A DNA stretch of 60,886 nucleotides from a virus (IMGVR_UViG_3300006046_000006:1-60886), one strand, 5' to 3'; shown: positions 46,707 to 55,785, numbered from the stretch's first letter. Notes: generated by a model from the sequence alone, not told the origin. Numbers and translations are program-made.

Positions 46707-47693
46707 CTAGAGCAATTCTGCGATGCCGAAGTCCATTGTCATTTCTGAGTTGGCGTTAGCTACGCTCATGGTCCATTGCACAGTCAGGGTACGGTCAGCA
46801 GCATCACTATCCACAGCAGCCGATCCACGGAAAGCGGTAACCACTGGAGCATTGGCTACAGCAGCAGCAGGAATCGCTTCCAACATACCAGCGGTGCCCG
46901 TCGTAGGAGCCACACGACCCGCAGTGACAGCAGCTTGTGTGGTGAAAATCCCCGCAGTCTGCTGAGCAGTATTGCTCTGTGCATTCAAGATGAAATCCAA
47001 GTACCAACCACCACGAACCGCAGAAGCAGTTGGTGTTGTTGTGGCATCAGCGAACAGTGTAGTACCACCATAGGCAATCGTCAGAGTGAGAACCGAAAGA
47101 CCAGAAGTATTCGTCAACCAGGACCCACCACAAGTACACCGCAATTGCTGACCCGCTAAGAATAATCCGCTAGGCAAAGTAACTGTGAAGTATGTCTGAA
47201 TGGTGGAGTTATTATTGAAGGTAACCGGCGTAGTAGTTGCCTTCAGCGTCACCCGACCACGCATGATGCGTAGGTCAGTACTATGAGTAGTAAGAATCGT
47301 GGTAGCATTGGCAGGCACATAGATGGCCGCAATGACCACATCATCAGTAGTGCGAGCAGGAGGCTTCGGATTTGCTGCTGCGGTACCAGCACGTACTGCC
47401 TTAGCACCCGCAGAGGTAATCACAATGAGATCTATGCGTGGATATGTAGCATCTGCGGTAGCGATGGTGACTGTAGCACTGGCGATAGCAAACAAGACAC
47501 CAGCAGACAGCACGGCGCCTTTAGCAACCGTGGGCGTCATGCCAGCGCCACCCGTAACTGTGCACCCACTGAGTACGCAGTTGCGACCACTCATGCCCTC
47601 GATGAGTACATCCATGTACTCCTGAAAGACGACGCTCTGTGCATCATTGACACCCTCGCCCTTGTCAGGTATTGACCATCCCATTATGCCCAT
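46707..47693 (-). CDS. minor tail/fibre protein
   Basis: ADATYPRIDLIV...GTAAANP.PP anchor motif typical of actinophage minor tail proteins; Thr/Ala-rich C-terminus. Confidence 0.7.
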   Translation of the reverse strand: MGIMGWSIPDKGEGVNDAQSVVFQEYMDVLIEGMSGRNCVLSGCTVTGGAGMTPTVAKGAVLSAGVLFAIASATVTIATADATYPRIDLIVITSAGAKAVRAGTAAANPKPPARTTDDVVIAAIYVPANATTILTTHSTDLRIMRGRVTLKATTTPVTFNNNSTIQTYFTVTLPSGLFLAGQQLRCTCGGSWLTNTSGLSVLTLTIAYGGTTLFADATTTPTASAVRGGWYLDFILNAQSNTAQQTAGIFTTQAAVTAGRVAPTTGTAGMLEAIPAAAVANAPVVTAFRGSAAVDSDAADRTLTVQWTMSVANANSEMTMDFGIAELL

Positions 47694-48190
47694 TCCCCTC
47701 TGGTAAGGGTTGTACCGTCGTCAGCAATTGTTGATGTAGCGATCGTGCCGCTGTCAGCATCGTTCCTCAGTGTAGAGGTTGTCGAGGTCTGAGTAAGCTT
47801 GTTTCGCTGCAGTGCCATGATCCAAGCTAGTATCTCCTCGAGACCCGCACCACCAGCACCATACGCAGGTACCCCGGTCGGTTCCTTGAGATCTATTGGA
47901 TAGATCGTCATGACCGTCGTTTTCATGCCGGCAGTAGCCGACTTGGCAATGATGACCACACAATCCGCATTCATCTCTGTGGCGGTCAGGTCGAGGTAGT
48001 AGACACCCGATGTCGTAGCGATCTCAGTCATCTCATTAGTGCAATCAACGAATGTTCCCTGGTCCTTGCTGATCTCCGAATCTGGTGTAGTGGCACCTGT
48101 CACGAGGTCGCCATCAGCATCCAGCAGGGGAAAGACCACACGAAACGCTTTGTTCTTTATGGGGAATGGTTGTGCATCAGTAGCAGCCAT
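47684..48190 (-). CDS. putative virion accessory protein
   Basis: ISKD.G....TN...EI...GVY...LTA.EM pattern; coupled ORF. Confidence 0.65.
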   Translation of the reverse strand: MAATDAQPFPIKNKAFRVVFPLLDADGDLVTGATTPDSEISKDQGTFVDCTNEMTEIATTSGVYYLDLTATEMNADCVVIIAKSATAGMKTTVMTIYPIDLKEPTGVPAYGAGGAGLEEILAWIMALQRNKLTQTSTTSTLRNDADSGTIATSTIADDGTTLTRGEWA

Positions 48191-48191
48191 G

Positions 48192-48881
48192 TTACCATCT
48201 CCTTATCAGATTGCCCTGAGCACGATACCCTGAGAACTGCACTCCACCAAACCTCTTCGTTGTAGGTTGCCCAGCAGCTGAGGCAGCATGAGTGACCACG
48301 AGCTTCTCATCGTTTGTCGTACCCGTGTTATCTGCCGACTGCAGCTGGTAATACTCCTCACCAGGAGGTGAAGTATTGCTAGCAAAGCGATTCGATCCTA
48401 GCACCATGCGAGTGAAGCCGGTTACATTGATCGCATTCTCCATATTCGGAGACGAGGAGGTCATCACATTGTATGCAGCGGCATCGAGAGTCAACGGAGC
48501 CATGGTAGCCAGCAAGGTCAAGGCAGCATATTGAGCACCCGTGCGCCAGTCGGCATTGTCCTGTGTGCCACCCCAATCGTAGGCTCGTGCCTCCAGGGTC
48601 ATCAAGTCGCCAGTATCGTTGTCGTTCACGCCCCACACTGATAGTACCGCAGCAGAGACTACGTCAGTATCAGGAATCGACGAAGTATCAAACTCCAGCA
48701 TTATCTCCATCATCTCGAACGTCGGACCACCGAACTGATTCTGACCAACGTAGAGAGTTGTCTCAGATCCAGAGTCAGCCGAGAATGAACCACCAGTGCC
48801 ATTACGAGAGTTTGCGTAAGTGCTAGCCGAGTACAGAATCCAGAAGTCACTAGCGCCAGCAAATACGGTGGTTGTCGTCAT
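48192..48881 (-). CDS. putative virion protein (DNRLRE/CBM96-like beta sandwich)
   Basis: LYVGQ...FDTSSIP....VSAAVLSV...KLVVT pattern. Confidence 0.6.
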   Translation of the reverse strand: MTTTTVFAGASDFWILYSASTYANSRNGTGGSFSADSGSETTLYVGQNQFGGPTFEMMEIMLEFDTSSIPDTDVVSAAVLSVWGVNDNDTGDLMTLEARAYDWGGTQDNADWRTGAQYAALTLLATMAPLTLDAAAYNVMTSSSPNMENAINVTGFTRMVLGSNRFASNTSPPGEEYYQLQSADNTGTTNDEKLVVTHAASAAGQPTTKRFGGVQFSGYRAQGNLIRRW

Positions 48882-49297
48882 GAGTTCCTCACCGAATCTA
48901 TGACTATCGCTCTCAGAGCCAGCAAGGGGGCCTCTCTGTAACGCTTCGTCGCTATCAGATTGCCCTGGCGATCTCTCATCTCCTGCACCAAGTCAGTCCC
49001 CGCAGGGTCCTCGATATGTGTGGGAGGGTTGACATAGACGAATGGATTGTCCAACGGTAGCGGTTGTCCTGCCCTGATCGCTGAGAGATTCAACGTCAGA
49101 ACATTCCTGACTGGGTCCCAATCTGCTGTCTCGATCGTGATGGAGTTGTTACCCACCAAGTTTATCGTGAAGGGAAGGTTGGGTATGTTGTCACGAAGAG
49201 CTTCGCCTCGAATACGACGTATCTCGACCTTCTTCTCAGCATCAGTGAGATTGTTGTTAGCCAAGATCGCCTCGATGGCGTTCTTGATCGCCCCCAT
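48878..49297 (-). CDS. hypothetical protein
   Basis: 139-aa coupled ORF. Confidence 0.65.
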   Translation of the reverse strand: MGAIKNAIEAILANNNLTDAEKKVEIRRIRGEALRDNIPNLPFTINLVGNNSITIETADWDPVRNVLTLNLSAIRAGQPLPLDNPFVYVNPPTHIEDPAGTDLVQEMRDRQGNLIATKRYREAPLLALRAIVIDSVRNS

Positions 49298-49743
49298 TAC
49301 GTCAACCGAACAAAGTCCGCAATATTGACGGTATAGGGAGAACCGTTGGTGGCAGTAACTCCAAAGTTCGTATCGTGGTATGATACAAGCTTGGAGTTTG
49401 CGTCAGTGCCATCCACGTCATGATAGATGACAGCAGCCACGGGAGTGTTGTTAGTAGCACCACCCGCCGGGTCCCAAGTGACGTTCGCTGAGTCGACGTT
49501 TGCTCGGTCATTGGTGTCATCCTGTGTAACAGTCACCGAGGTGAGTGTCTTGCGGACATAACCTGTGAAGTCGGCCTCGACCACACCAGACACAGCCTTG
49601 AGAGCAGTGACCGAGACCAAATCAGGGTTAAATGCGCCGGCAGCAGTGGTCTTGAGCAGCAACATCTTCAGAGTGCTGGTATCAAGATCAGTAGCGCCGG
49701 AGGCAACCCTAGCTTTCGCTACGTTATAGACGGTATCAGCCAT
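49297..49743 (-). CDS. putative minor structural protein
   Basis: DLDTSTLKMLLL...GYVRKTL...D.ANVTW pattern common in phage tail-associated genes. Confidence 0.65.
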   Translation of the reverse strand: MADTVYNVAKARVASGATDLDTSTLKMLLLKTTAAGAFNPDLVSVTALKAVSGVVEADFTGYVRKTLTSVTVTQDDTNDRANVDSANVTWDPAGGATNNTPVAAVIYHDVDGTDANSKLVSYHDTNFGVTATNGSPYTVNIADFVRLT

Positions 49744-50282
49744 TATGCAGCCGTATCCCCTTCTGCACGGATGATCACGCCGTCAGTATCTACTGCGGCG
49801 GTGTTCGCTGCCGTGCGACGAACCCAGATAGCCACTGCTTGACCAGCACCGATGTTGCCCACACTGAGCCCGCCTGCCTTCGTCGTGGGAGAGCTAAATG
49901 TCTCTCCTGACGGGGCAGTACTCTCGTTGGCGACTCGTTCCGCTTGCGCAGAGGCGGAAGTTGCTGACACGACACCCGTGCCGTCGATGGCGATGGCCGC
50001 GGATGCACCACCAGCCGTTTCGGAAAAGAGCCATACCTTCACACTCTCCCAGGTCAGCGTGCCATGATTGTTGTGGATGAAGAAGCAGCGATACTCCACA
50101 TCGGAAGCAGCGTTCTCGTCACCCGTCACCACATCAAACAGATTGTGGAGGGTTGCGTCAGTGATCTGCGTGGATGACATGAACCCACCGATACTGTCGT
50201 TCGGATCCGCCTGCGCTGAGCTGTTACCGGGGCCGGTATTTTTGCTCAGCTTAAACAGAATGTCTGTTGCCGTAATGGCCAT
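49743..50282 (-). CDS. putative minor structural protein
   Basis: DPNDSIGG, NLFD.V, EYRC.FI.N, IWVRR; AAGGAG RBS. Confidence 0.65.
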   Translation of the reverse strand: MAITATDILFKLSKNTGPGNSSAQADPNDSIGGFMSSTQITDATLHNLFDVVTGDENAASDVEYRCFFIHNNHGTLTWESVKVWLFSETAGGASAAIAIDGTGVVSATSASAQAERVANESTAPSGETFSSPTTKAGGLSVGNIGAGQAVAIWVRRTAANTAAVDTDGVIIRAEGDTAA

Positions 50283-50292
50283 GTAAACTCCT

Positions 50293-50640
50293 TTAGAATA
50301 CTACGGCTTCCCCAGAGGGAATGGTTACTACGAGGTAGTTCAATCCTTCTATCTTGGTATTAAAATCTTCCCTACTGGGTCCGATCAACCCCGACGGATG
50401 TGTATGCCACACCCCCACTTTACTTCCGATGTCCTCAATCTGCAGGTCAGGTCGTGTCTCAAATAGATCAACCACCTGCTCCTTGTCGAGCACGTAGCTA
50501 TCGTGAGGACTTTCGCTCACGTTACGAACCTGAATGACCTCGCCAGCGTCAGTGTAGAGACCACAATGTTCGACATCAGCATCAGATGTCAACTCGAGTA
50601 TCTTCTCGACTACTTCTGGCAACGGGACCAACACCGGCAA
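50293..50640 (-). CDS. JAB/MPN-domain metalloprotease
   Basis: EHCG...VRNVS...WHTHPSG..GPSRED (JAMM motif). Confidence 0.85.
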   Translation of the reverse strand: MPVLVPLPEVVEKILELTSDADVEHCGLYTDAGEVIQVRNVSESPHDSYVLDKEQVVDLFETRPDLQIEDIGSKVGVWHTHPSGLIGPSREDFNTKIEGLNYLVVTIPSGEAVVF

Positions 50641-50878
50641 CTCCTAGCGCTCTCAGCTCCTTCTCAGCAGCATCTATATCATCTGCCGAGATAATACCCT
50701 TTCGGATGAGGAGTAACCTCAGTATGGGATCCCCACTGGGTACCCCACGACTACTGGTTGGAGGAGGGGAAGTGACCTTGGCCATGAGCTTGCCGCCCAC
50801 GTCGAACTGATGGCGGACTGTGTCTTTCTCATGGTACTCCCGAGGCTGATGGCATATCCCACACAGCTCAAGTGCCAT
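50582..50878 (-). CDS. hypothetical protein (CxxC..H)
   Basis: Start MALELCGIC; coupled ORF. Confidence 0.55.
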   Translation of the reverse strand: MALELCGICHQPREYHEKDTVRHQFDVGGKLMAKVTSPPPTSSRGVPSGDPILRLLLIRKGIISADDIDAAEKELRALGVAGVGPVARSSREDTRVDI

Positions 50879-51602
50879 TGTTGTGTCTCCCCATGGTGTC
50901 ATCCACCACGTCGGCGTCAATGTACCCCTGCGTGAGTGCGTACTCGTCGAAGTTCGTCTGGCTGGGGTTCACCATGGCGTGAGCCAGGATGCCCTGCAGC
51001 GTTACTGAGACCTCGGACTCAATGTGCTTGACCGGCTTGCCTATGACATGCTCGATCAGGAACTTAGCAGCATCCAGCTTCACCGCGGCAGGCACCATAG
51101 GCTTGCCCTTCTTATCGACCTTGTCATTCTTGAGGATGTTTGACATCACCCCGAGAGCCTCGATGGTGTGGACATTCATCTCAGTCTTGACTAGCTTCTC
51201 ATACCGTCGGATTATCTCCTCGTGGTACGCCTTGCTGATCCAGGTCGGTTGTTTGCCCCGGAAGCCTCCGCCGGCATCGCGTGGGCGCCCTCGAGCCAGC
51301 TCCTCGTCGTCCCACTCCTCGACGGGCTTGTACAGCATCCTCAGGTCAGCCTCAAGCAACTCCCCTCGACGACGAGCCCTTTTGCGGATCTGCTTGTCGT
51401 TCGTAGCTCGCCTAGGGTCGAGCGGGGCAACCGTATAGCCGTCTGGATCATCTTCCGCCTTCAGCTGGTAAGGTCTGCCCTTACGACCGACCATCGGCTT
51501 CCCTCGAGCGTTTAGGAATGAGTACCTCATATCCAGTTCGCATGGAGTAGCACCAGGGCCATTTTTATAGGCAAATCGAGCCCGTCGTTCTGCGTTTCTC
51601 AT
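50868..51602 (-). CDS. probable terminase small subunit
   Basis: WDDEELARGRPRD..G.FRG, VKLDAAKFLIEHVIGKP helical pattern; upstream of TerL. Confidence 0.6.
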   Translation of the reverse strand: MRNAERRARFAYKNGPGATPCELDMRYSFLNARGKPMVGRKGRPYQLKAEDDPDGYTVAPLDPRRATNDKQIRKRARRRGELLEADLRMLYKPVEEWDDEELARGRPRDAGGGFRGKQPTWISKAYHEEIIRRYEKLVKTEMNVHTIEALGVMSNILKNDKVDKKGKPMVPAAVKLDAAKFLIEHVIGKPVKHIESEVSVTLQGILAHAMVNPSQTNFDEYALTQGYIDADVVDDTMGRHNNGT

Positions 51603-54253
51603 GTGATGAACCCCGCTGGAGGAGAAGTTCCTGGCGAATTGTGCCAATCGACGAATCCACCACCGACTAGATGGTTATTCGACCCAGTAACCCCTGGGCT
51701 AGTGTTGAAGTCGAAGAAGAAGAAGCTAGGATGAACCTGAGCAGGATCATCGACGACTGTGTTGTTCGTAACAACCACATTCGAGTGGACACCGCGACCA
51801 TTGCCCCCGATGCCCGTCTGCGGGTCTGAGAAGTTGCCTGACCCAGGCTCTGGACCCAGATAACGAGCCCATTGTCCAGAGATCGTGTTGTTGTCAACGT
51901 AGATCGGGGAGTCAGGTAGCCCAGCGAACAATATCTGAATGCCTCGACCAGAGACATCGTGAATATTATTGTTGCGGATCATCACCGAACCAATGATGTG
52001 GTTCCCATAAATAGTGCTGAAGTCACCGAAGTTACCCACACTGTGGTACAGGTCCAGAATAATCCCATTGCGGTCAGCCGAGGGGTTACCATCACTAGCC
52101 AGCTGGTTGTAGACGTGGTTATTCTCGATGAGAACTCTCTCACCACCATTACTATCCCACCGCCACCCCTGACCAATGGAGATCCCTGATCCAGCACCAC
52201 CAAAGCCATAAGCAGCGTTGCCCGAGGCATCATGGATCGTGCAGTTGCGGATGATGATCTTGTCACAGGACCAGAAGGCGACCCCGTTGCGACCAATAAC
52301 ACCGCTGCCAGGAATCGGCTCTACTGTGAGCCCATCAACCGTGATATTACCGCCAGGCAGTCCATTTGTGGGGGAGCCATTATTGGTACGGCTGGCATCC
52401 TGGTAGATGCCCTCTGCGTTCGTCGAGTTACCCAAGGCTTGTATCTTGCCTGGACCAACGAGAGTGAGATTGCGGCACCCTCCATAAAACTCCACACCAG
52501 AGCCACCAGGACCCCGCAGGATGCCTCCACTCTGGAATTCCACGATGACATTGCCGAAATCCTTGTTGTAGAACAGAATACCAGCGCCGGTAGGCCCATT
52601 CCAAGTGCCAGACGGCACCAAGACTCGCTTACCAGCAATCGAGGAGTACGGAAGCTCCAATATCTGCTGGAGTGACCCGTTCACGCCTACGACATAATCC
52701 GGAGTCCCTCCGGTACCGCCTCCAGCACCAATGACAATGCTGTGAGTCTTAGCATTCGACCCCGTCGCATTCGTGGCAGTCAACTGCACGTTGTATGTGG
52801 AGGCACCGGCAAAGCTATGCGTCGGATTTTGCTGTGTGGAGGTAGCCCCATCGCCAAACAGCCACGCCCATGACGTCGGAAAGTTTGTGCTAGAGTCGTT
52901 AAACTGTATCGTCTGTCCCACGACTCCGCTCGAGGGGTTCATCGTGAACTCAGCTACCGGAGCAACACCCCCTGTACCACCACCGCCAGCGCCGGTGAAC
53001 GTGTAGCTGTCGAGGTCTGAGTATGTGTACTCCAACCCCGAGTGCTCTATGCGGATGACGTTGTTGCCAAGCGTCAGCGGAATCGTGATGGCACTAGACT
53101 GCGCAAATCTAGCAGGGCTCGTCCAGTCGCTCGAGGTGTTGGGCAATGATACTGTACCAGCAATAGCCCCATTCACTCGGATATTGACCGTGACAGTACC
53201 CTCTGCTGGGTTGCCCTGAGCATACCTTATCGAGAATGTGTAACTACCACCGACCGCAGCCGAGAAGTTAATCTGGTTGACGTCTCCCGTCAGACCAAAT
53301 GTGCCGATGTAGCCCGTGCCTGTGTAGCCCGCATACTGCGTGGATATAACCGCCCCACCCTCGACCGTGCCGGACTCAGCCTCCACGATCGTGGATGTCG
53401 AGCCCACCAGCAACGGCCTAGCCGTCATAGCAGCCGTGGCAGGCGCCAAGTTTATGCCTCGTGAGGGCAGCAAGGGCACCGCGGTCATGGCAAAGCTCTT
53501 CGGCGCCAGCGTCAGCGCTCCCACACCACCAGTAATGGTGAGGGGCTGAGCCCTCATATTCACAACCTTCGGCTGCAGAGCAATAACCTGCTCAACCCCC
53601 ACACTCACCAGGAGTTTGTTCGCCACTAGCTGAGTAAGAGCTGGTGTCAGGGAAGCACCCACCACGTTGCCCACCGAAATCGTGAGCGGCCGTGCCTGGA
53701 ACTGAATAGTGTTGGGCAAAGCACGAATGCCTCCGAAAACATCCGTCGTGTTGGTGTTCCACCGCATCCGCCAGAGTTCGCCCGTCGAATCTCCGATGCC
53801 CAGCCCCTCACACTTCGTGAGAAGGAATGTGCCCTCCGAGAATGAGCCCTCGATCGACCCATTGACCTTACACCGTCGTATGACGATGTGTAGATCCGAG
53901 CCATCGTCGTTTATACTCTGTCCCTCAATCACAAAGTACGGTCTAACGTCGGTATCGAGCTTAATTAGCTCACGGAAGCCGGCCCCAGACACCAGGGAAG
54001 CTCCGGTGAGGACCTGCCAAGCCTCGAATGAGATGCCACCGGCCTCAATCTCCCACTCGACCATCGCCCCGGTGCCCTCCATGGCAACGTTGCGATCATC
54101 GCTCTTCAGAAGCTCGATACTTTCCGTCTCACGGAACGTCACGACTCGCCCTACTGGCAGATCTACTGGTGTCCCTACCCCGAGTTCCCCGATAAACGGC
54201 GTGATCTTCACGTCGCGTATCCCGAACGGGAGATATGTCTCAACCAGCGTCAT
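51599..54253 (-). CDS. tail-tube paralog fused to repeat stalk, CBM6/35-like, PKD and beta-helix domains
   Basis: N-terminal ~170 aa aligns with 34359..35195; EAESG...YTGTGY...IRYA (CBM35); PVAEF...WLFGDG...QNPTH (PKD); beta-helix paralogous to 4524..6224. Confidence 0.85.
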   Translation of the reverse strand: MTLVETYLPFGIRDVKITPFIGELGVGTPVDLPVGRVVTFRETESIELLKSDDRNVAMEGTGAMVEWEIEAGGISFEAWQVLTGASLVSGAGFRELIKLDTDVRPYFVIEGQSINDDGSDLHIVIRRCKVNGSIEGSFSEGTFLLTKCEGLGIGDSTGELWRMRWNTNTTDVFGGIRALPNTIQFQARPLTISVGNVVGASLTPALTQLVANKLLVSVGVEQVIALQPKVVNMRAQPLTITGGVGALTLAPKSFAMTAVPLLPSRGINLAPATAAMTARPLLVGSTSTIVEAESGTVEGGAVISTQYAGYTGTGYIGTFGLTGDVNQINFSAAVGGSYTFSIRYAQGNPAEGTVTVNIRVNGAIAGTVSLPNTSSDWTSPARFAQSSAITIPLTLGNNVIRIEHSGLEYTYSDLDSYTFTGAGGGGTGGVAPVAEFTMNPSSGVVGQTIQFNDSSTNFPTSWAWLFGDGATSTQQNPTHSFAGASTYNVQLTATNATGSNAKTHSIVIGAGGGTGGTPDYVVGVNGSLQQILELPYSSIAGKRVLVPSGTWNGPTGAGILFYNKDFGNVIVEFQSGGILRGPGGSGVEFYGGCRNLTLVGPGKIQALGNSTNAEGIYQDASRTNNGSPTNGLPGGNITVDGLTVEPIPGSGVIGRNGVAFWSCDKIIIRNCTIHDASGNAAYGFGGAGSGISIGQGWRWDSNGGERVLIENNHVYNQLASDGNPSADRNGIILDLYHSVGNFGDFSTIYGNHIIGSVMIRNNNIHDVSGRGIQILFAGLPDSPIYVDNNTISGQWARYLGPEPGSGNFSDPQTGIGGNGRGVHSNVVVTNNTVVDDPAQVHPSFFFFDFNTSPGVTGSNNHLVGGGFVDWHNSPGTSPPAGFIT

Positions 54254-54494
54254 TAATCCACCTATACCGAGCTAGCCTCTGTATGGCTAACACAGCAGCT
54301 TCTTCTAGGGCAGCCTGATCCCAAGGAATGGGGCGTCCTGTAGACTCTCTCTCAAGGATCGGGGAACGGGGTAACCCCATGGCCCTCGCCAACATCTCGT
54401 GGCAGCAGTCATGGAGGGCGTCTATGGCATCCTGTTCGACCGGAATTTCAGCCACCAGTTTGCTACCGTCCGGCCACTCCATGACCATGAACAT
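54240..54494 (-). CDS. hypothetical protein
   Basis: 84-aa coupled ORF, HD..HE motif. Confidence 0.55.
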   Translation of the reverse strand: MFMVMEWPDGSKLVAEIPVEQDAIDALHDCCHEMLARAMGLPRSPILERESTGRPIPWDQAALEEAAVLAIQRLARYRWINDAG

Positions 54495-54568
54495 TAGTAC
54501 CTGCGCAGCAGCAGAATCACCAGAATGACCAGCAAAATGAGCACTACGGCTCCAACACCAATATACAT
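54494..54568 (-). CDS. 24-aa single-pass membrane peptide
   Basis: Hand-translated MYIGVGAVVLILLVILVILLLRRY; AAGGAG RBS; TAATG coupling. Confidence 0.6.
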   Translation of the reverse strand: MYIGVGAVVLILLVILVILLLRRY

Positions 54569-54596
54569 GTTCACTCCTTTGCCTAACGTAGTTGGG

Positions 54597-55124
54597 CTAT
54601 TCTTTGCAGATTGCTAGTACGTTTCTCTGACTATCAATGGCGATCCGAGCATGTTCTGCTGCAGCGAGGTCCGCAGCCGTGATTCTAGCCGTGTCGGCCT
54701 GAAAGTCCGCATCGTTGACCGGCTCCCTGACGACCACATCGTGCAGCACGTTGAGAAGCAGGAGAATAGCCTCATTGCCAGCAAGTATTCCCTCTGCCTT
54801 AGCGATGTTCAAATCGCCTGTAATCGCGTCGCGGCACTCAGAAGTCTCGCTAGCGTCAGCCAACTGAGCCTTCAGACTGCTCCGTTCAGATATAGCCTCT
54901 ATCTGCGCCAGCAGTATCACTGCCAGAAATAGGCATAGCGCTATGGCGAACCACAGCCGGGGTTCACTGGGCCTCAGCCCCATCCTCCGGTTCGTCTTAC
55001 GGAGTGTTTTGACCAGCGAGTCCACCTCTTCCTTGGGTGGCACTGTAGCAACCAACTCATCAACTTCCCTAGAGGAAGTCGGCACCATCGGATTCTCCCC
55101 AGAGGTTGGGGGTTGAGTTGTCAT
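54597..55124 (-). CDS. membrane-anchored protein
   Basis: One TM segment (LWFAIALCLFLAVILLA) then a helical domain. Confidence 0.65.
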   Translation of the reverse strand: MTTQPPTSGENPMVPTSSREVDELVATVPPKEEVDSLVKTLRKTNRRMGLRPSEPRLWFAIALCLFLAVILLAQIEAISERSSLKAQLADASETSECRDAITGDLNIAKAEGILAGNEAILLLLNVLHDVVVREPVNDADFQADTARITAADLAAAEHARIAIDSQRNVLAICKE

Positions 55125-55483
55125 CGTGCCTCCAGGACAGCGATCCGTCGTCTCAAAGTGTCAATCTCCACAGCCTTCGCGTAGTCTTTCTGCTGCAGAT
55201 CGCTTATGTCGATGGCCTTCTGGTTATCTCGGACTATGCAGTCCTTTAGTCCCTGAGACAGACCATCAATAACACCCGATTGACTCGTCACGGTCTTCTG
55301 CAGAGCCTCTATAGCTCCTGCACGCTCACGTAAGTTGGCCGTTTCTCTCCTCGCCTCGGAGGCAGCATCTTTAGCTCTTTGCTGAGCGACGTAGTTCCTA
55401 GAGGCGACGAAGATACCAACGGCTGTGGCAATACACCCCAGGATACCGCCTATCAAGGCAATAGCGGCTTGAGGTGATCCCAC
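55121..55483 (-). CDS. membrane protein with coiled coil (holin-like accessory)
   Basis: N-terminal TM then heptad repeats; GGAGG RBS; first gene of the late operon. Confidence 0.7.
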   Translation of the reverse strand: MGSPQAAIALIGGILGCIATAVGIFVASRNYVAQQRAKDAASEARRETANLRERAGAIEALQKTVTSQSGVIDGLSQGLKDCIVRDNQKAIDISDLQQKDYAKAVEIDTLRRRIAVLEAR

Positions 55484-55514
55484 ACCCCCTCCATTCTTGC
55501 TGTGTCGGTCTAAG

Positions 55515-55705
55515 AGGGTCCTCCGTCAAGTCCACACCAGCAAATCGTCGGACGGTTAGGCTTACCCCGCCGACGTCTTCCCCAGAGACTTTCTGCGGAA
55601 GTTCCGAAACGCACCATGCGTGGGCTTTGAATAAAACTCCCCAGAGTTAAAGGGTGGACCCTGAGGAAAAAGTTTCGTCCGGAGTAGCGCTCGACGGAGA
55701 ACCCT
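55515..55705 (-). ncRNA. putative structured non-coding RNA or late-operon leader (about 190 nt)
   Basis: 16-bp terminal stem whose two mismatches become G-U only on the minus strand; at least four internal helices; starts a few nt after a canonical promoter. Confidence 0.7.
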
Positions 55706-55710
55706 ATAAA

Positions 55711-55739
55711 AGTCTATCAAAGCCTAAAGCTCGTGTCAA
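55711..55739 (-). promoter_or_regulatory. SigA-like promoter for the structured RNA and late operon
   Basis: TTGACA cgagctttaggctttga TAGACT (17-bp spacer). Confidence 0.8.
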
Positions 55740-55785
55740 ATACCCCGAGCCGGAAAATATATGACTTTCGTCACAGCTTCTGACG

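Noticed and set aside
55590-55680. Hammerhead ribozyme (CTGAGGA and GAAAC on the plus strand; GGACGAAAC on the minus strand)
   Set aside because: On the plus strand the cleavage triplet would be GUG and stems I and II do not pair. The minus strand lacks CUGANGA.
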